NCBI GenBank assembly: GCA_014859725.1
Contig: JACUTQ010000001.1
Span: 17,619-41,618, forward strand
Origin: Methanosarcinales archaeon
GTDB lineage: Archaea; Halobacteriota; Methanosarcinia; Methanosarcinales; Methanocomedenaceae
Direction of reading: 5' to 3'
DNA: 24,000 nucleotides
Shown piece by piece: positions 23,721 to 24,000 of this stretch. Every line of letters starts with the position of its first letter. Within the stretch, counting starts at the first letter, position 1. A program made the translations under genes and the position numbers. The notes under the pieces were generated by a model. It made no database searches. It was not told where the DNA came from and was given only the letters and a program-made list of their open reading frames with translations.

Positions 23721-23746
23721 TGGGTCATTCTGACCCACTATTTTTT
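23721..23746 (+). terminator. Hairpin plus T-run downstream of the tandem-ABC ATPase gene
   Basis: tgggtca-ttc-tgaccca forms a perfect 7-bp stem with a 3-nt loop. It is followed by cta and tttttt. Confidence 0.45.
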
Positions 23747-23775
23747 AATATCTAAATATACATTTAAGAGATAAT

Positions 23776-24000
23776 ATGGATTATCAGGATATTAATCAAA
23801 CAGAATTGAATGAAAAACCCGAATATTTTCCCCCCGATAAGCCAGTTCCGAAAAATTCCCATCGGAAGGAATCGTCTGTAACACGCGGTTTCGTCTATTT
23901 ATTAGCAGTCCTGGTGTTAATGATAATAATAGCAGGAAGTTTGTTAGCTATTTTTGGGGATTCAGGGGGCCTTCCCATGGATTCCAATAAGGTTTCGGTG
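23776..24000 (+). CDS. Hypothetical single-pass membrane protein, partial (continues past window end)
   Basis: My own translation is MDYQDINQTELNEKPEYFPPDKPVPKNSHRKESSVTRGFVYLLAVLVLMIIIAGSLLAIFGDSGG..., open to position 24000. It is not in the ORF track because it is truncated. Confidence 0.5.
   Translation, partial: MDYQDINQTELNEKPEYFPPDKPVPKNSHRKESSVTRGFVYLLAVLVLMIIIAGSLLAIFGDSGGLPMDSNKVSV

Noticed and set aside
1-24000. Whole window considered as part of a Borg-like giant extrachromosomal element (these also carry large multihaem cytochromes and tandem repeats)
   Set aside because: Genes are on both strands in short alternating runs. The content is dominated by single-copy housekeeping genes (pheT, RPA, pcm, elp3, tRNA). 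No perfect short tandem repeats are seen in the intergenic regions.

Overview
This window reads as a chromosomal segment of a methane-metabolising euryarchaeon, Methanosarcinales/ANME-2-like by gene content. All calls rest on motifs read by eye, since no database search was possible.

The left third (1-9355) looks accessory. It holds a partial, frame-broken IS1-family element followed by two co-directional minus-strand multihaem c-type cytochrome genes:
- A 16-haem lipobox cytochrome (910-1965).
- A 2,451-aa giant (2000-9355) with about 49 haem-binding motifs and about 108 N-glycosylation sequons. It also has a tandemly duplicated 1.47-1.48 kb 12-haem module, a pair of S-layer-like beta domains with one haem in their linker, a C-terminal TM helix and an unassigned 97-aa cytoplasmic tail.

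This pair is the stand-out feature: a candidate S-layer-spanning extracellular electron-transfer conduit.

The remaining ~14.6 kb is ordinary housekeeping: elp3, tRNA-Ser(UGA), a long FKBP PPIase, a 3-OB-fold RPA, a Dus-like/methanogenesis-marker-9 protein, an M50-like protease, NreA, pcm, a Zn-ribbon protein, pheT, a cyclase-family protein, a secreted beta-propeller lipoprotein, a double-ABC ATPase resembling MCR component A2, and a 3'-truncated (window-edge) membrane protein. No CRISPR array, rRNA or prophage signal was seen.
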